This document shows, in pieces, positions 37,063 to 45,937 of a DNA stretch of 64,000 nucleotides. Under the pieces are notes generated by a model. It had not been told where the DNA came from, made no database searches, and saw only the letters and a list, made by a program, of their open reading frames with translations. The number at the start of each line of letters is the position of its first letter. Within the stretch, counting starts at the first letter, position 1. Location: the IMG/VR virus record IMGVR_UViG_3300025327_000717, positions 1 to 64,000 of that record; one strand, 5' to 3'. The DNA is from a virus. Made by a program: the position numbers and the translations under genes.

Positions 37063-37313
37063 TGGGAGCGCCAGAAGAGGTCGGCCTGCCGCCAACGCGG
37101 CTGCGCCACTTCGCCAATCGTGACTTGGAGATGATCGTGGTATGGACGTCACCGCGCGGAAAGGTCCCGTGGGGCGGCGTGCCTGCTGTCGCCACAGTCG
37201 ATGGCCAAGGGTTCTATGCAGGAGAAATCGTCGGTGACGAGCTGATGGCGGTCGACCTGCTGACCAGCCTCGAAGATGCACGGGCCAACGCCAGGCGTCG
37301 GGACTGGCGATGA
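37062..37313 (+). CDS. hypothetical protein
   Basis: coupled. Confidence 0.6.
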   Translation: MGAPEEVGLPPTRLRHFANRDLEMIVVWTSPRGKVPWGGVPAVATVDGQGFYAGEIVGDELMAVDLLTSLEDARANARRRDWR

Positions 37314-37588
37314 CCGCCCCGCTCCGCATCTTCCGGGTGACGTACACAGCCCGGCGACCAGGCCCCCATGGATATCGCAAGGGACGAGTATTCGTGAAGG
37401 TGCCCTATGGGGGCTCCTTCGCGATGACCGAACTCCTGACCAGGATGGTCGCCATCGGGCAGGTAGAACGCTTCGAGGTCGCCATGGCGACAAAGCGTGA
37501 GATCGCATCATGGCGCCCGTTCCTGCGGCGCTGGCTACCGGCACTGACAGCCTCGAGCAACCTCACAGGAGTGGACTGGACAGCATGA
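37310..37588 (+). CDS. hypothetical protein
   Basis: coupled. Confidence 0.6.
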   Translation: MTAPLRIFRVTYTARRPGPHGYRKGRVFVKVPYGGSFAMTELLTRMVAIGQVERFEVAMATKREIASWRPFLRRWLPALTASSNLTGVDWTA

Positions 37589-37815
37589 AGACCAAGGCCG
37601 TCGAGGTCGGCGAACGCATCATCATCGAACTTGAGGTCAGGATCGCAAACACTTGCGACGACAAGACTGGCGGGAGGTGGTACTGCACGACCCACCGCAA
37701 GATGCTCCTGAACAACCTTGAGAAAGATGTCCACACCTATGACAGGCGCAGCCACAGATTGGCGTGGTTCTGCTTAGAGCACAGCGCCTATGAGGCACCG
37801 GGGCCACAGAAGTGA
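37585..37815 (+). CDS. small zinc-binding protein
   Basis: WYCTTH...WFCLEH. Confidence 0.65.
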   Translation: MKTKAVEVGERIIIELEVRIANTCDDKTGGRWYCTTHRKMLLNNLEKDVHTYDRRSHRLAWFCLEHSAYEAPGPQK

Positions 37816-38024
37816 AGACCGTGAAGGTCTTGCGCACCTATATCTGCGACAGATGCGGTGCGACCCTCGAGGTTTGGGACGAGGCCGGAAGGGGCGTCGC
37901 AGTCGGTCTACCGGCAGGCTGGACGATCATCGAACACCATCTGCGCTCGCTCCTTTTCACCCATGAACTCTGCGAGATGTGTACGCAGAGTTTCGACAGA
38001 TGGCTCAAAGATGTACTATCGTGA
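37812..38024 (+). CDS. small zinc-ribbon protein
   Basis: CDRCG...PAGW...LCEMC. Confidence 0.7.
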   Translation: MKTVKVLRTYICDRCGATLEVWDEAGRGVAVGLPAGWTIIEHHLRSLLFTHELCEMCTQSFDRWLKDVLS

Positions 38025-38052
38025 CACGAACCCGCACACGACAGGAGACTAG

Positions 38053-38541
38053 ATGGCAGGAGTGAACCGCTGGTACGGGATCGGCAACATGACGGCCGAC
38101 CCCAAGATGAGCCAGGGCGACAACGTAGACAAGGATCGCTGCGAGTTCTCGATAGCGATCAACAAGCCTGGGCAGGATAGCGAGCCCACATACCTCGACT
38201 TCGTGACATGGGGCAAGCTGGCCGGGCAGGTCGCCGATTTCGGCCGCAAGGGACGGCTGGTGTTCTGTGATGGCGAGCTCGAGGTCCGCAAGTGGCAGAC
38301 CAGCGAGGGTGAGAACCGCAAGCAGTTCCGCATCAAAGCCTACGTGGTGCGGTTCCTCGACCGACGGGATGATCGGGACGAAGACGATGGGCGCAGGCGC
38401 AGTCGTGACGACGAGCCCCGGCGCCAGCGTCGCGACCGAGACGATGAGCCACGTCGACGTGATCGTAACGATGAGCCAAGAGAAGAGGCACCACGTCGAC
38501 CACGCGACCAAGCCTCTGACTTCGACGACCTACCGTTCTAG
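38053..38541 (+). CDS. ssb: single-stranded DNA-binding protein
   Basis: VNRWYGIGNMTADP, WGKLA, KGRLV, acidic tail DFDDLPF. Confidence 0.95.
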   Translation: MAGVNRWYGIGNMTADPKMSQGDNVDKDRCEFSIAINKPGQDSEPTYLDFVTWGKLAGQVADFGRKGRLVFCDGELEVRKWQTSEGENRKQFRIKAYVVRFLDRRDDRDEDDGRRRSRDDEPRRQRRDRDDEPRRRDRNDEPREEAPRRPRDQASDFDDLPF

Positions 38542-39032
38542 TGACCACGCCTAGTCGGCGCGCAGAGCTGAGACTGCATGTCATCCACGAGGAAGACCTA
38601 CCCGGGGCGTTCCACGACGTCCCGACACTCTTCCAGAAGTGGGGACTGCACCAAGAACCGCAGGAGTGCGTCTGGGTCGTCGCCTACGACGCCAACATGA
38701 CGGTGAGGACGGTCATGGAGGTGGCGCGTGGCTCGCATGTGCGAGCCGAGGTCCACATCCCGACGCTCCTAGCGTCCGTCCTGACGACCGGGTGCGAGCG
38801 ATTCATGCTGGTCCACAACCATCCATCGAGACGTCTCGTCCCGAGCCTGGGTGATCGTGAGCTGACCATCGAGATCATGGATGCCGCGAACGCCTGCGGA
38901 CTGTACTTCGAGGACCACGTGATCCTCACGCCGAACGGCAAGTGGTACAGCTTCGAGGAGCACGGACTCCTGAAACGAGCCGACTACATCGAGCACTCCG
39001 GGGCAGCCAGGAAAGCTGCCTCTGACCGATGA
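38541..39032 (+). CDS. RadC-like JAB domain protein
   Basis: QE...LVHNHPS...PS.GD...DHVI. Confidence 0.88.
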   Translation: MTTPSRRAELRLHVIHEEDLPGAFHDVPTLFQKWGLHQEPQECVWVVAYDANMTVRTVMEVARGSHVRAEVHIPTLLASVLTTGCERFMLVHNHPSRRLVPSLGDRELTIEIMDAANACGLYFEDHVILTPNGKWYSFEEHGLLKRADYIEHSGAARKAASDR

Positions 39033-39415
39033 CCAGATACGAACGACTAGCAGAGGCAGCGGGCGTTCGCCTCTGCACCGACTTCGAGTGTTTCTGGAAG
39101 GGTGGCATGGAGCCTGGCGTCGTCCACTTCGGGTACGTCAGGTACACGAGCAGGAGAGCGCTTTGGTTCCTGAAGGAAGCGCACTGGGCGACCATGATCA
39201 AGAAGCCCGAAGGACTGCCCCGATATGAACGAGCGATGTGGATCAACGCCACCGCCAAGAAAGCTGGCATCAGGATACCGAGATCGGTCTGGGAAGAGGA
39301 GCGAGCCAGGATGCGAGAAGACCTCTCGCGCTATGCGCGACATATCCCGCCCAGGTCGCGATCACTCGAGTACGAGAAGGCTGTCCGATGGGCAGAACGA
39401 AAGGAGGATCGATGA
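39029..39415 (+). CDS. hypothetical protein
   Basis: coupled; LKEAHW resembles a degenerate HExxH. Confidence 0.6.
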   Translation: MTRYERLAEAAGVRLCTDFECFWKGGMEPGVVHFGYVRYTSRRALWFLKEAHWATMIKKPEGLPRYERAMWINATAKKAGIRIPRSVWEEERARMREDLSRYARHIPPRSRSLEYEKAVRWAERKEDR

Positions 39416-40284
39416 CCAAGTCCGATCCAGTGAAGGAGTGGCATCCCGCCCTCCTCGATGACAGGGGGCTGAAGTTCGAGACGATCCGGATCGCCGACAT
39501 CAACGTCGACCCGGCCTATCAACGCCCCCTCAGGGAGACGAAGATCAGCATGATGTGGCAAGCGTTCGACCCCGCTGAGCTCACGGCTATCGTCGTCTCA
39601 CGCCGAGACGACGGCAGCCTCTGGGTCCTCGACGGGCAGCACCGCATCGAGCTCCTGACCCGCCTAGGAAAGGCGGTGGTGCTAGCTGACGTGCGAGAAG
39701 GACTGACGAGAGAACAAGAGGCTCATCTCTTCTACCGGCTCAACGAGGGCCAGACGAAGGTCGGGTCATGGGACAAGTTCAGAGCCCGCATGGCCGCCAA
39801 GGAGCCAGTGGCCATGCGCATCACGGAGATCATAGGGAAGCACGGTTTCCATATCGGACGCTCCGATGAGGACCACGCCATCCAGGCCGTCTCTGCACTG
39901 GAGGACATCTATAGCATCGGGCGCCTCGACAAGACGTTGGTCATCATCTCGACGGTCTGGCCGAACGACAAGACTGCACGCGAAGCCGTCATCCTCCAGG
40001 GCATGGGCGCGTTCCTACAGACGTTCGATGGGCAGATGGGCTGGGACGACGGGCGCATCCTCGAAGTGCTCGACAAGATCGGTCCATCCGCCATCCAGCG
40101 ACGAGCCAGGGAGATCCAGCTCGAGACCGGGCGCTCTTACCAAAGGGGCGCCACTTTGGCCATCGCGTTTCGTGATGCCTACAACGGCCTGATGACACGC
40201 GGCTCCAAGCCGAAGGTCCAGCTTTACGGTATGCCACTCATCAACTGGAACGGCGTGAGAGCACGGACCCAGCACCGAGGATGA
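39412..40284 (+). CDS. ParB-like (DGQHR, DUF6551-type) protein
   Basis: VDPAYQR, VLDGQHR, EAHLFYRLN; SD AAGGAGG. Confidence 0.85.
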   Translation: MTKSDPVKEWHPALLDDRGLKFETIRIADINVDPAYQRPLRETKISMMWQAFDPAELTAIVVSRRDDGSLWVLDGQHRIELLTRLGKAVVLADVREGLTREQEAHLFYRLNEGQTKVGSWDKFRARMAAKEPVAMRITEIIGKHGFHIGRSDEDHAIQAVSALEDIYSIGRLDKTLVIISTVWPNDKTAREAVILQGMGAFLQTFDGQMGWDDGRILEVLDKIGPSAIQRRAREIQLETGRSYQRGATLAIAFRDAYNGLMTRGSKPKVQLYGMPLINWNGVRARTQHRG

Positions 40285-40709
40285 GACGACTCCCTCAGCG
40301 CTTGCTCGCCATCGAACTCCGCACGGAGATCGACCGCGCACTGCTGGGGGACACCAGGGCCACACGCCGAGCACTGGACTTGGCGTGCGACCCTGGCGCA
40401 CGATCATCGCACGTACGGCACAACCTCCGTGCGTGGCGAGTGGCCTGGCTGGAGGGCGCGCGCCTGCGCGCCCTCAGTCAGGTCGACCCGAAGCCACTCG
40501 TTGGTGATATGGAGGACAAGATGGTCAGGAAGAACGAAGAGCTACTCCCGAAAGACATAGATGAGCGCATCCCTCCCGGGGAATACCTTCCCGACTGGGA
40601 TAGTGACGGCAAACTCATCGGTGTCGTCCACGTTCCGGCCGACAGTGTCGCCACCAGCGATGACTTCTACCCGATCCGTGGCGACGCTGAGCCAGAAGTG
40701 AAGAAGTGA
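40281..40709 (+). CDS. hypothetical protein, possibly two fused genes
   Basis: Internal GGAGG and in-frame ATG at 40521. Confidence 0.5.
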   Translation: MRRLPQRLLAIELRTEIDRALLGDTRATRRALDLACDPGARSSHVRHNLRAWRVAWLEGARLRALSQVDPKPLVGDMEDKMVRKNEELLPKDIDERIPPGEYLPDWDSDGKLIGVVHVPADSVATSDDFYPIRGDAEPEVKK

Positions 40710-41422
40710 GTGACTGGAACCTGAGGTGGGCACACACAACCAGGCTCATGAGAAAGCCACCACCACACTCCATGCCAGGACGCATGGTGGTCAGACTGGT
40801 CAGTGGGTCATATGCCTATGGAACGGACGCCGATGACAGCGACTGTGATTACCGCATGGTCTTCCAATTGCCGAACTCTGAGTTCCTGAGCCTCGGTACC
40901 CCGAACTCCACGCACACCGACCCGCTCGACCAGGTCGGCCATGAGCTAGCCCACTATCTCCGTCTGCTCCTGAAGGGCAACCCCAACCTCGTGGAGATGC
41001 CCTTCATCCGCCCGGAGTGGTGGATTGAATCATCGGACACTTGGGAGGCCATCGTGGACGTCCGCGAGAGGTGGATCACGCGAGCCATGGCCTCCGCATA
41101 TCGGGGCTGGATCTTCGGGGAACTGGCGAAGATCGGCCACAGCCCGACCATGACCCCAAAGCGCATCAGCCACTGCGTCCGCCTCGCCTACGAACTCCGA
41201 GGAGCTCTGAACGACGGCATCATCCAGCCCCATCTGACCGGCTGGCAGCAGCACAAGGTCATGGACTTCAAGGAGGACCGGCTCGACGGCTCGACCGCGA
41301 TCCTCGAGGTCGAGGCGATCATGGAAGAGATCAGTGATGCCACTCTTCAGGCCCTACCGGAACCCCCCACGGAACTCGCGTCCGCCATCCTCAAAGAAGC
41401 TCGTCGGACTCACGGGGGGTGA
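40706..41422 (+). CDS. Pol-beta superfamily nucleotidyltransferase (RlaP/YcgL-like)
   Basis: GSYAYGT...SDCDYR, LLLKGNPNLVE, K..SH..RL. Confidence 0.88.
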   Translation: MSDWNLRWAHTTRLMRKPPPHSMPGRMVVRLVSGSYAYGTDADDSDCDYRMVFQLPNSEFLSLGTPNSTHTDPLDQVGHELAHYLRLLLKGNPNLVEMPFIRPEWWIESSDTWEAIVDVRERWITRAMASAYRGWIFGELAKIGHSPTMTPKRISHCVRLAYELRGALNDGIIQPHLTGWQQHKVMDFKEDRLDGSTAILEVEAIMEEISDATLQALPEPPTELASAILKEARRTHGG

Positions 41423-41554
41423 ACCGGGCCCACCCGTCGGAGAGCGCCCCATCGACCGACTTCTCTACTGGGATGGTGGGAGATGGGGCATGGTCTTCGG
41501 TGAGCCCGGTCTGTTCCCGTACGGACGGCCCATGATCATCGAACGTCGCCGACC

Positions 41555-41920
41555 ATGAGCCACCGTACTCGTCGGAAGCGCAAAGAGGGAGGCAATCTCC
41601 AGTCCATCAGGATCCGCGATAAGACGAAGTGTCATCTGTGCGGTCAGGGCGTCTCTGCTATCGAGGCCTCGCGAGACCATCTCCATCCTCGCTCTTCCGG
41701 TGGCTACGACAAGAGCCGCAACTACAAGCTAGCCCACCGCGACTGCAACACGGCCAGGGGGGCGATGCCCATGGATGTGGCGCGCGCCGCCATCGAGGAA
41801 CACCGGATATCTGGTGGACGCATGACCCGTCCGGTCATCGTCACGGTCCTGCGACGAGCCCATGGACGCTGGGTCAAAGCCGACAAAGAGACCTCACCCC
41901 TCCGGGCGGACCCGAAGTGA
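41555..41920 (+). CDS. HNH endonuclease
   Basis: RD...CHLCG...DHLHPRSSGG...N...AHRDCN. Confidence 0.85.
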   Translation: MSHRTRRKRKEGGNLQSIRIRDKTKCHLCGQGVSAIEASRDHLHPRSSGGYDKSRNYKLAHRDCNTARGAMPMDVARAAIEEHRISGGRMTRPVIVTVLRRAHGRWVKADKETSPLRADPK

Positions 41921-42010
41921 TGAGGTCATCCTGCCCCTCGGTCGCTACTTCCGAGAGTTGCCGCCCGGGTTGCGAACCCTACGACGACTGAACAAGGAGT
42001 GTAACACATC

Positions 42011-42403
42011 TTGTCCCGCCCACGGGTGGCCATCTCTGGCAGTCGCACGTTCACGGACCGCGCCCTCGTCGAGCTAGTCGTCGACCGCCTCATCGAACGC
42101 CAGGCCAGGATCCTCGTACCCTGCAGTGACAGTGGCTGCACTGCTGGTGTCGACACCTTCGTCCATGAGCGTGTCGCCCAGCGCGACGCAGACTATGACC
42201 TCTTCATCGCCCAGTGGAAGAGATACGGCAAGCGCGCCGGGTTCATGCGCAACGAGACGATGATCAAGGAAGCCACCGAGTTGGTCGCCATCATGGCGAC
42301 CGGGCCATCACCTGGCACATCCCATGCCCTACTCTGTGCCCAGCGTCTCGGGATCACGATGCACGTCTTCTATGACGGCAAGTGGACCTCACTGACAGCC
42401 TAA
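42011..42403 (+). CDS. SLOG (DUF2493-like) protein
   Basis: VAISGSRTF, GVD, W.RYGKRAGFMRN.TM, SPGT. Confidence 0.85.
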   Translation: MSRPRVAISGSRTFTDRALVELVVDRLIERQARILVPCSDSGCTAGVDTFVHERVAQRDADYDLFIAQWKRYGKRAGFMRNETMIKEATELVAIMATGPSPGTSHALLCAQRLGITMHVFYDGKWTSLTA

Positions 42404-42416
42404 AGGAGCCACGTCC

Positions 42417-42596
42417 ATGGATCCTATCTGCGACAACTGCCCCCACCTGGAACGAGACCACTACGTGAAGAAGGACGAGTCCATGACGGGCTGCATGTTC
42501 TGCATCTGTCACGCTTACAGGAGTGCTGTCGTCCCTGAGTTCACCGTCGATGCCGAGGTCTCAAGGGATGCCGAAGAGAAGCCCGAAAGAGAGTGA
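42417..42596 (+). CDS. small Cys/His-rich protein (59 aa)
   Basis: SD AAAGGAG; CDNCPH...H...CMFCIC. Confidence 0.65.
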   Translation: MDPICDNCPHLERDHYVKKDESMTGCMFCICHAYRSAVVPEFTVDAEVSRDAEEKPERE

Positions 42597-42737
42597 GCGT
42601 CAGGTCCTCTCCCCGCGAGTAGCAAAGCGAGCCGCACCGAAGCTGGAGCGCACGCCATGCTGTGGCGCTCTTGTGCTCTGGTGCCGTCCCTTCCAGTGCG
42701 TCCACGAGTGGGAGGCTCGAAGCCAAGGAGGGTCGGT

Positions 42738-42905
42738 CTACTGACTCTTCCTGGGCTTAGGGGGGCCCGGGGGTCCATGCATCTCGCCCTGGCGGATGCG
42801 AGCGAGCCTCGCGAATATCTGCATGTGGCTCTCGTCGGCGATGGTCCACTTCTGATGTTCCCCGAACGGGGGGACCACATCCTGACGCCTGATCTTCGGT
42901 TCCAT
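42738..42905 (-). CDS. hypothetical protein (55 aa)
   Basis: SD GAGGA; MEPKIRRQDVVPPFGEHQKW. Confidence 0.4.
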   Translation of the reverse strand: MEPKIRRQDVVPPFGEHQKWTIADESHMQIFARLARIRQGEMHGPPGPPKPRKSQ

Positions 42906-43027
42906 GACGTTCCTCGTTCTCGAGGCCCTTCGTGGGCCTCTATAGGATCGTCATGTGATGAACCTCCTTATCAGCCTGCTCTGTGCGGCGATCTAGCCGT
43001 TTCCTAGATTACTCGAAAGGATGACTG

Positions 43028-43225
43028 ATGAAACCATCATGGTGGAGCAGCGCCCCAAGATGGCTCAAGGATGAACTCGGCGGGGATGACTACCACCTTC
43101 CGGGAACAACGCCCAAGCCACGACTCGAGAGGAGGCCTTTTGGAGGAGGCCGTCGCAAGATGACTTTCAGAGACATGGATGCCATCTCGCCAGACGATAT
43201 CGTCCAGAGGCTAGACCGGTCTTGA
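43028..43225 (+). CDS. hypothetical protein
   Basis: SD AAAGGA. Confidence 0.55.
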   Translation: MKPSWWSSAPRWLKDELGGDDYHLPGTTPKPRLERRPFGGGRRKMTFRDMDAISPDDIVQRLDRS

Positions 43226-43545
43226 TCTGCCGGAGATCAGAGTGAGAGAGGCAGACCCTCCCCCTTTCAGGGGAGGTCTTGGTTCTGCCGTATGACCATC
43301 GGTCGGTCGGCTGGACCACACATGCTCATAGCGAGGTCGGCTACCCGTCATAGCCTCTGGCATGTGCCCCCACGGGCGGGTCGGGAGTGTCTATGGTTGA
43401 TTCATAGCCGAGCACGGCGCAGGGGCCCAAGAACGACGCAAGGGACATCCGCCGTGCGATCCGAGCCTTTCGCTCGGCTCCCCGTTGCCTGGGGGAAGCA
43501 CCACTTCGGCTTACGCCTATCCTGGGTATTTGCGGATGGGACACG
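43226..43545 (-). ncRNA. candidate large structured RNA
   Basis: Several GNRA-capped hairpins on the minus strand; no credible ORF. Confidence 0.5.
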
Positions 43546-43604
43546 TTTGTGTCACGATGTGTTCGCTTCTGGAGGGCAAAAACCTTACGCAAGGCAGAAG
43601 CGTC

Positions 43605-43636
43605 GAACCCCCGGCTCATGGCCGGGGGTTCTTTTT
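43605..43636 (+). terminator. intrinsic terminator
   Basis: gaacccccggc-tcatg-gccgggggttc-ttttt. Confidence 0.85.
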
Positions 43637-43726
43637 GGTCGATGATCTACGCGAGCGTTCGACAGGAACGTGGTGTCCTTGCCCTGTTCGGATGGCGCTC
43701 GCATAGGAGCGTCATCCTACACCTTG

Positions 43727-44362
43727 TCAGAGGCTTGTCACTGGGTCATCTTGCGAAGTGTCGTGGTCAGGCATGTCCACCGCGCTTGAGGCGCCTGACG
43801 TGTAGGAGGCGGCGGCCGTGGATACGTTGCCCCAGGCGGCCCGTGTGCCGATAGCGGAGTTGACATAGCCGTAAGTCGAGCCAGCGGCCATGCCAAGACT
43901 GTCACTCTCGGCGTAAGCGTCGATGTCAGCGCCCATGAAGACGAACTGCCAGCCCTTCTTGCGCATCTTAGCGATGAGCTCGCGGACTCGTTCCCTGCTC
44001 CACTCCCGGCTGGCGTTCTCCAGCCCATCGGTGACGATGAGGACGATGACCTTGCCCTTCGGCTTGCGATCACGGAGACGGCTGACCACGGACCCGACGG
44101 CGTCCATCAACGGTGTCATCCCTCGGGGCCGGTAATCGGCCGAGCGGATGGTGGCCTCCTTCGTTGGTCTCTGCTCGAAGACGTCTTGGACGGTCGGCTC
44201 GCCGGACACAGCATCGAACTGCGACAGTGAGATGAGCGTCCCGGGTGGTTGCTCTTTCACGAACTTGTTGAAGCCCTTCACCGTCTCGTCGGCCACGACG
44301 CCCATCGAGCCTGAACGGTCGAGGATGACAGCCACCTCGGTGGGCTGCTCCTGTTTGGTCAT
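43727..44362 (-). CDS. vWA domain protein
   Basis: MIDAS motif DRSGS, TPLMDA, TDGLENAS, FMGA. Confidence 0.93.
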   Translation of the reverse strand: MTKQEQPTEVAVILDRSGSMGVVADETVKGFNKFVKEQPPGTLISLSQFDAVSGEPTVQDVFEQRPTKEATIRSADYRPRGMTPLMDAVGSVVSRLRDRKPKGKVIVLIVTDGLENASREWSRERVRELIAKMRKKGWQFVFMGADIDAYAESDSLGMAAGSTYGYVNSAIGTRAAWGNVSTAAASYTSGASSAVDMPDHDTSQDDPVTSL

Positions 44363-44559
44363 GGTGCTCCTTTCTTGAGCCATATCGGTTCCTCATCCGA
44401 CCAGACGAAGTCGGTCGTGATGCGTCCTGGGATGACGGTGAACACGGTCCTCCCGCTCTGGTTGGTGACCATCGTGGGGGCCTTGATGTGCTGATAGCCA
44501 CCACGCAGGAACGACCGCAGGCCCATGGTCTCTTGAGCAGCCCTGTGGTAACTGGTCAT
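44359..44559 (-). CDS. Phd/YefM-like small protein
   Basis: ETMGLRSFLRG...PTMVTNQSGRTVFTVIP; upstream TTGACG-N17-CAATCT. Confidence 0.5.
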   Translation of the reverse strand: MTSYHRAAQETMGLRSFLRGGYQHIKAPTMVTNQSGRTVFTVIPGRITTDFVWSDEEPIWLKKGAP

Positions 44560-44714
44560 GTCAGCAGATTGACAGACTCCATGGCATACGTCAAGAGTGA
44601 AAGAGGGCCCCCCGGCTTGCGCTCCGAGCCGGGGGGCTGAGTAGAGGAGGAACCACAGTCTACCTTATCCGTAAGTACCCGGATGCTCCGAGCAAAGCTC
44701 CCGGGTACGGGATA

Positions 44715-44746
44715 GAGCATACCATCGTGTCACCATCGTGTATGCT
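44715..44746. promoter_or_regulatory. overlapping divergent promoters
   Basis: AGCATA-CCATCGTGTCACCATCGTG-TATGCT; TATGCT -10 box on both strands; rtcB appears leaderless. Confidence 0.6.
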
Positions 44747-44752
44747 TTCGTC

Positions 44753-45934
44753 ATGACGACCACAGCACAGGAGGTCTTCCAGGATGGCGGAAGGCCAGTG
44801 AGGTCCTGGGCCATCGACCTCGATGACGGAGCGCGACAGCAGGCTCTTAACGTATCTCGGTTGCCCTTCGTGATGGGCCATGTCGCGCTGATGCCAGATG
44901 CCCACCAGGGCTATGGGATGCCGGTCGGCGGGGTCTTCATGGCGGACAGCGCCATCGTCCCCTACGCCATCGGCGTGGACATCGGCTGCGGTGTGAGTCT
45001 CATCCAGACCGGCAGACCAGCAGAAAAGTTGACCCCAGCGGAGGTCCGCCGCTTCCTGGGTCAGGTGGCTCGTGACATACCGGTCGGCAACGGTCCACAG
45101 GCCCAGCACCGAACGCAAGGCGACCCCGTAAGCCCATGGATCGGTGCGTCTGACCGAGTCTCTGCGTTCGTCGAGGCAGCCGAGGTCCAGCTTGGTACGC
45201 TCGGTGGTGGGAACCACTTCCTCGAGCTCCAGCGTGGCGACGATGACGGGATGCTCTACTTCATGATCCACTCGGGGTCGCGCTCGTTGGGCAAGAAGAC
45301 CTGCGATCTTCACCATAAGCGAGCCCTGGCTCTGGACCGCATGTGGCATAGCGCGCTGCCTCATGACGAGGTCGCATGGCTTCCTTTCCGCTCACAAGAA
45401 GGCGCTGAATACTTCGACGACATGGACACGGTTCTTCAGTGGGCTGAGGAGAACCGCAAGCGCATGGCGGTGAAGGTCATCGAGGCGTTCAGCACCGTGC
45501 TTGGCATCGAGGCTGCGATGACCCATGACATCCATCACAACTATGCAGCATGGGAGCAGCACGGCGGCAAGAACGGCATCGTCCATCGCAAGGGCGCGGT
45601 GCGTGCTCGAGAGGGCGAGAGGGTCCTCGTCCCAGGCTCCATGTCCACGGGCTCCTACATCGCCGAGGGCCTGGGTAATCCCGAGAGCTTCTCCACTTGT
45701 CAGCATGGTGCTGGTCGAGCACGTAGTCGTGCCGCGACCCGAAAGATGCTCTCGCTGGAGCAGATGGACCAGATGCTGGTCGACGCCGGAGTCCAGCTCG
45801 TGACGCCGAAGCGAGCCGACGTCATCGATGAGGCCGCCCTAGCCTACAAGGACATCGAGTCTGTGATGGCAGCGTCAGCCGATCTCGTGCGTCCGGTCCA
45901 ACGGCTTTCGCCGATAGGGGTCGTTAAAGGCTAG
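44753..45934 (+). CDS. rtcB: RtcB RNA ligase
   Basis: MPDAH, GVDIGCG, GTLGGGNHFLE, HSGSR, HHNYA, HRKGA, HGAGR, DE..LAYK. Confidence 0.97.
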   Translation: MTTTAQEVFQDGGRPVRSWAIDLDDGARQQALNVSRLPFVMGHVALMPDAHQGYGMPVGGVFMADSAIVPYAIGVDIGCGVSLIQTGRPAEKLTPAEVRRFLGQVARDIPVGNGPQAQHRTQGDPVSPWIGASDRVSAFVEAAEVQLGTLGGGNHFLELQRGDDDGMLYFMIHSGSRSLGKKTCDLHHKRALALDRMWHSALPHDEVAWLPFRSQEGAEYFDDMDTVLQWAEENRKRMAVKVIEAFSTVLGIEAAMTHDIHHNYAAWEQHGGKNGIVHRKGAVRAREGERVLVPGSMSTGSYIAEGLGNPESFSTCQHGAGRARSRAATRKMLSLEQMDQMLVDAGVQLVTPKRADVIDEAALAYKDIESVMAASADLVRPVQRLSPIGVVKG

Positions 45935-45937
45935 TCC

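Noticed and set aside
43445-43482. Group II intron domain V look-alike (GAGCCG...TCGCACG, minus strand)
   Set aside because: Domain V helix does not form; no interrupted gene or RT
43564-43602. c-di-GMP-I riboswitch-like words GGGCAAA...ACGCAAGGC
   Set aside because: No P2 stem with GNRA loop or P3; simple hairpin before a terminator
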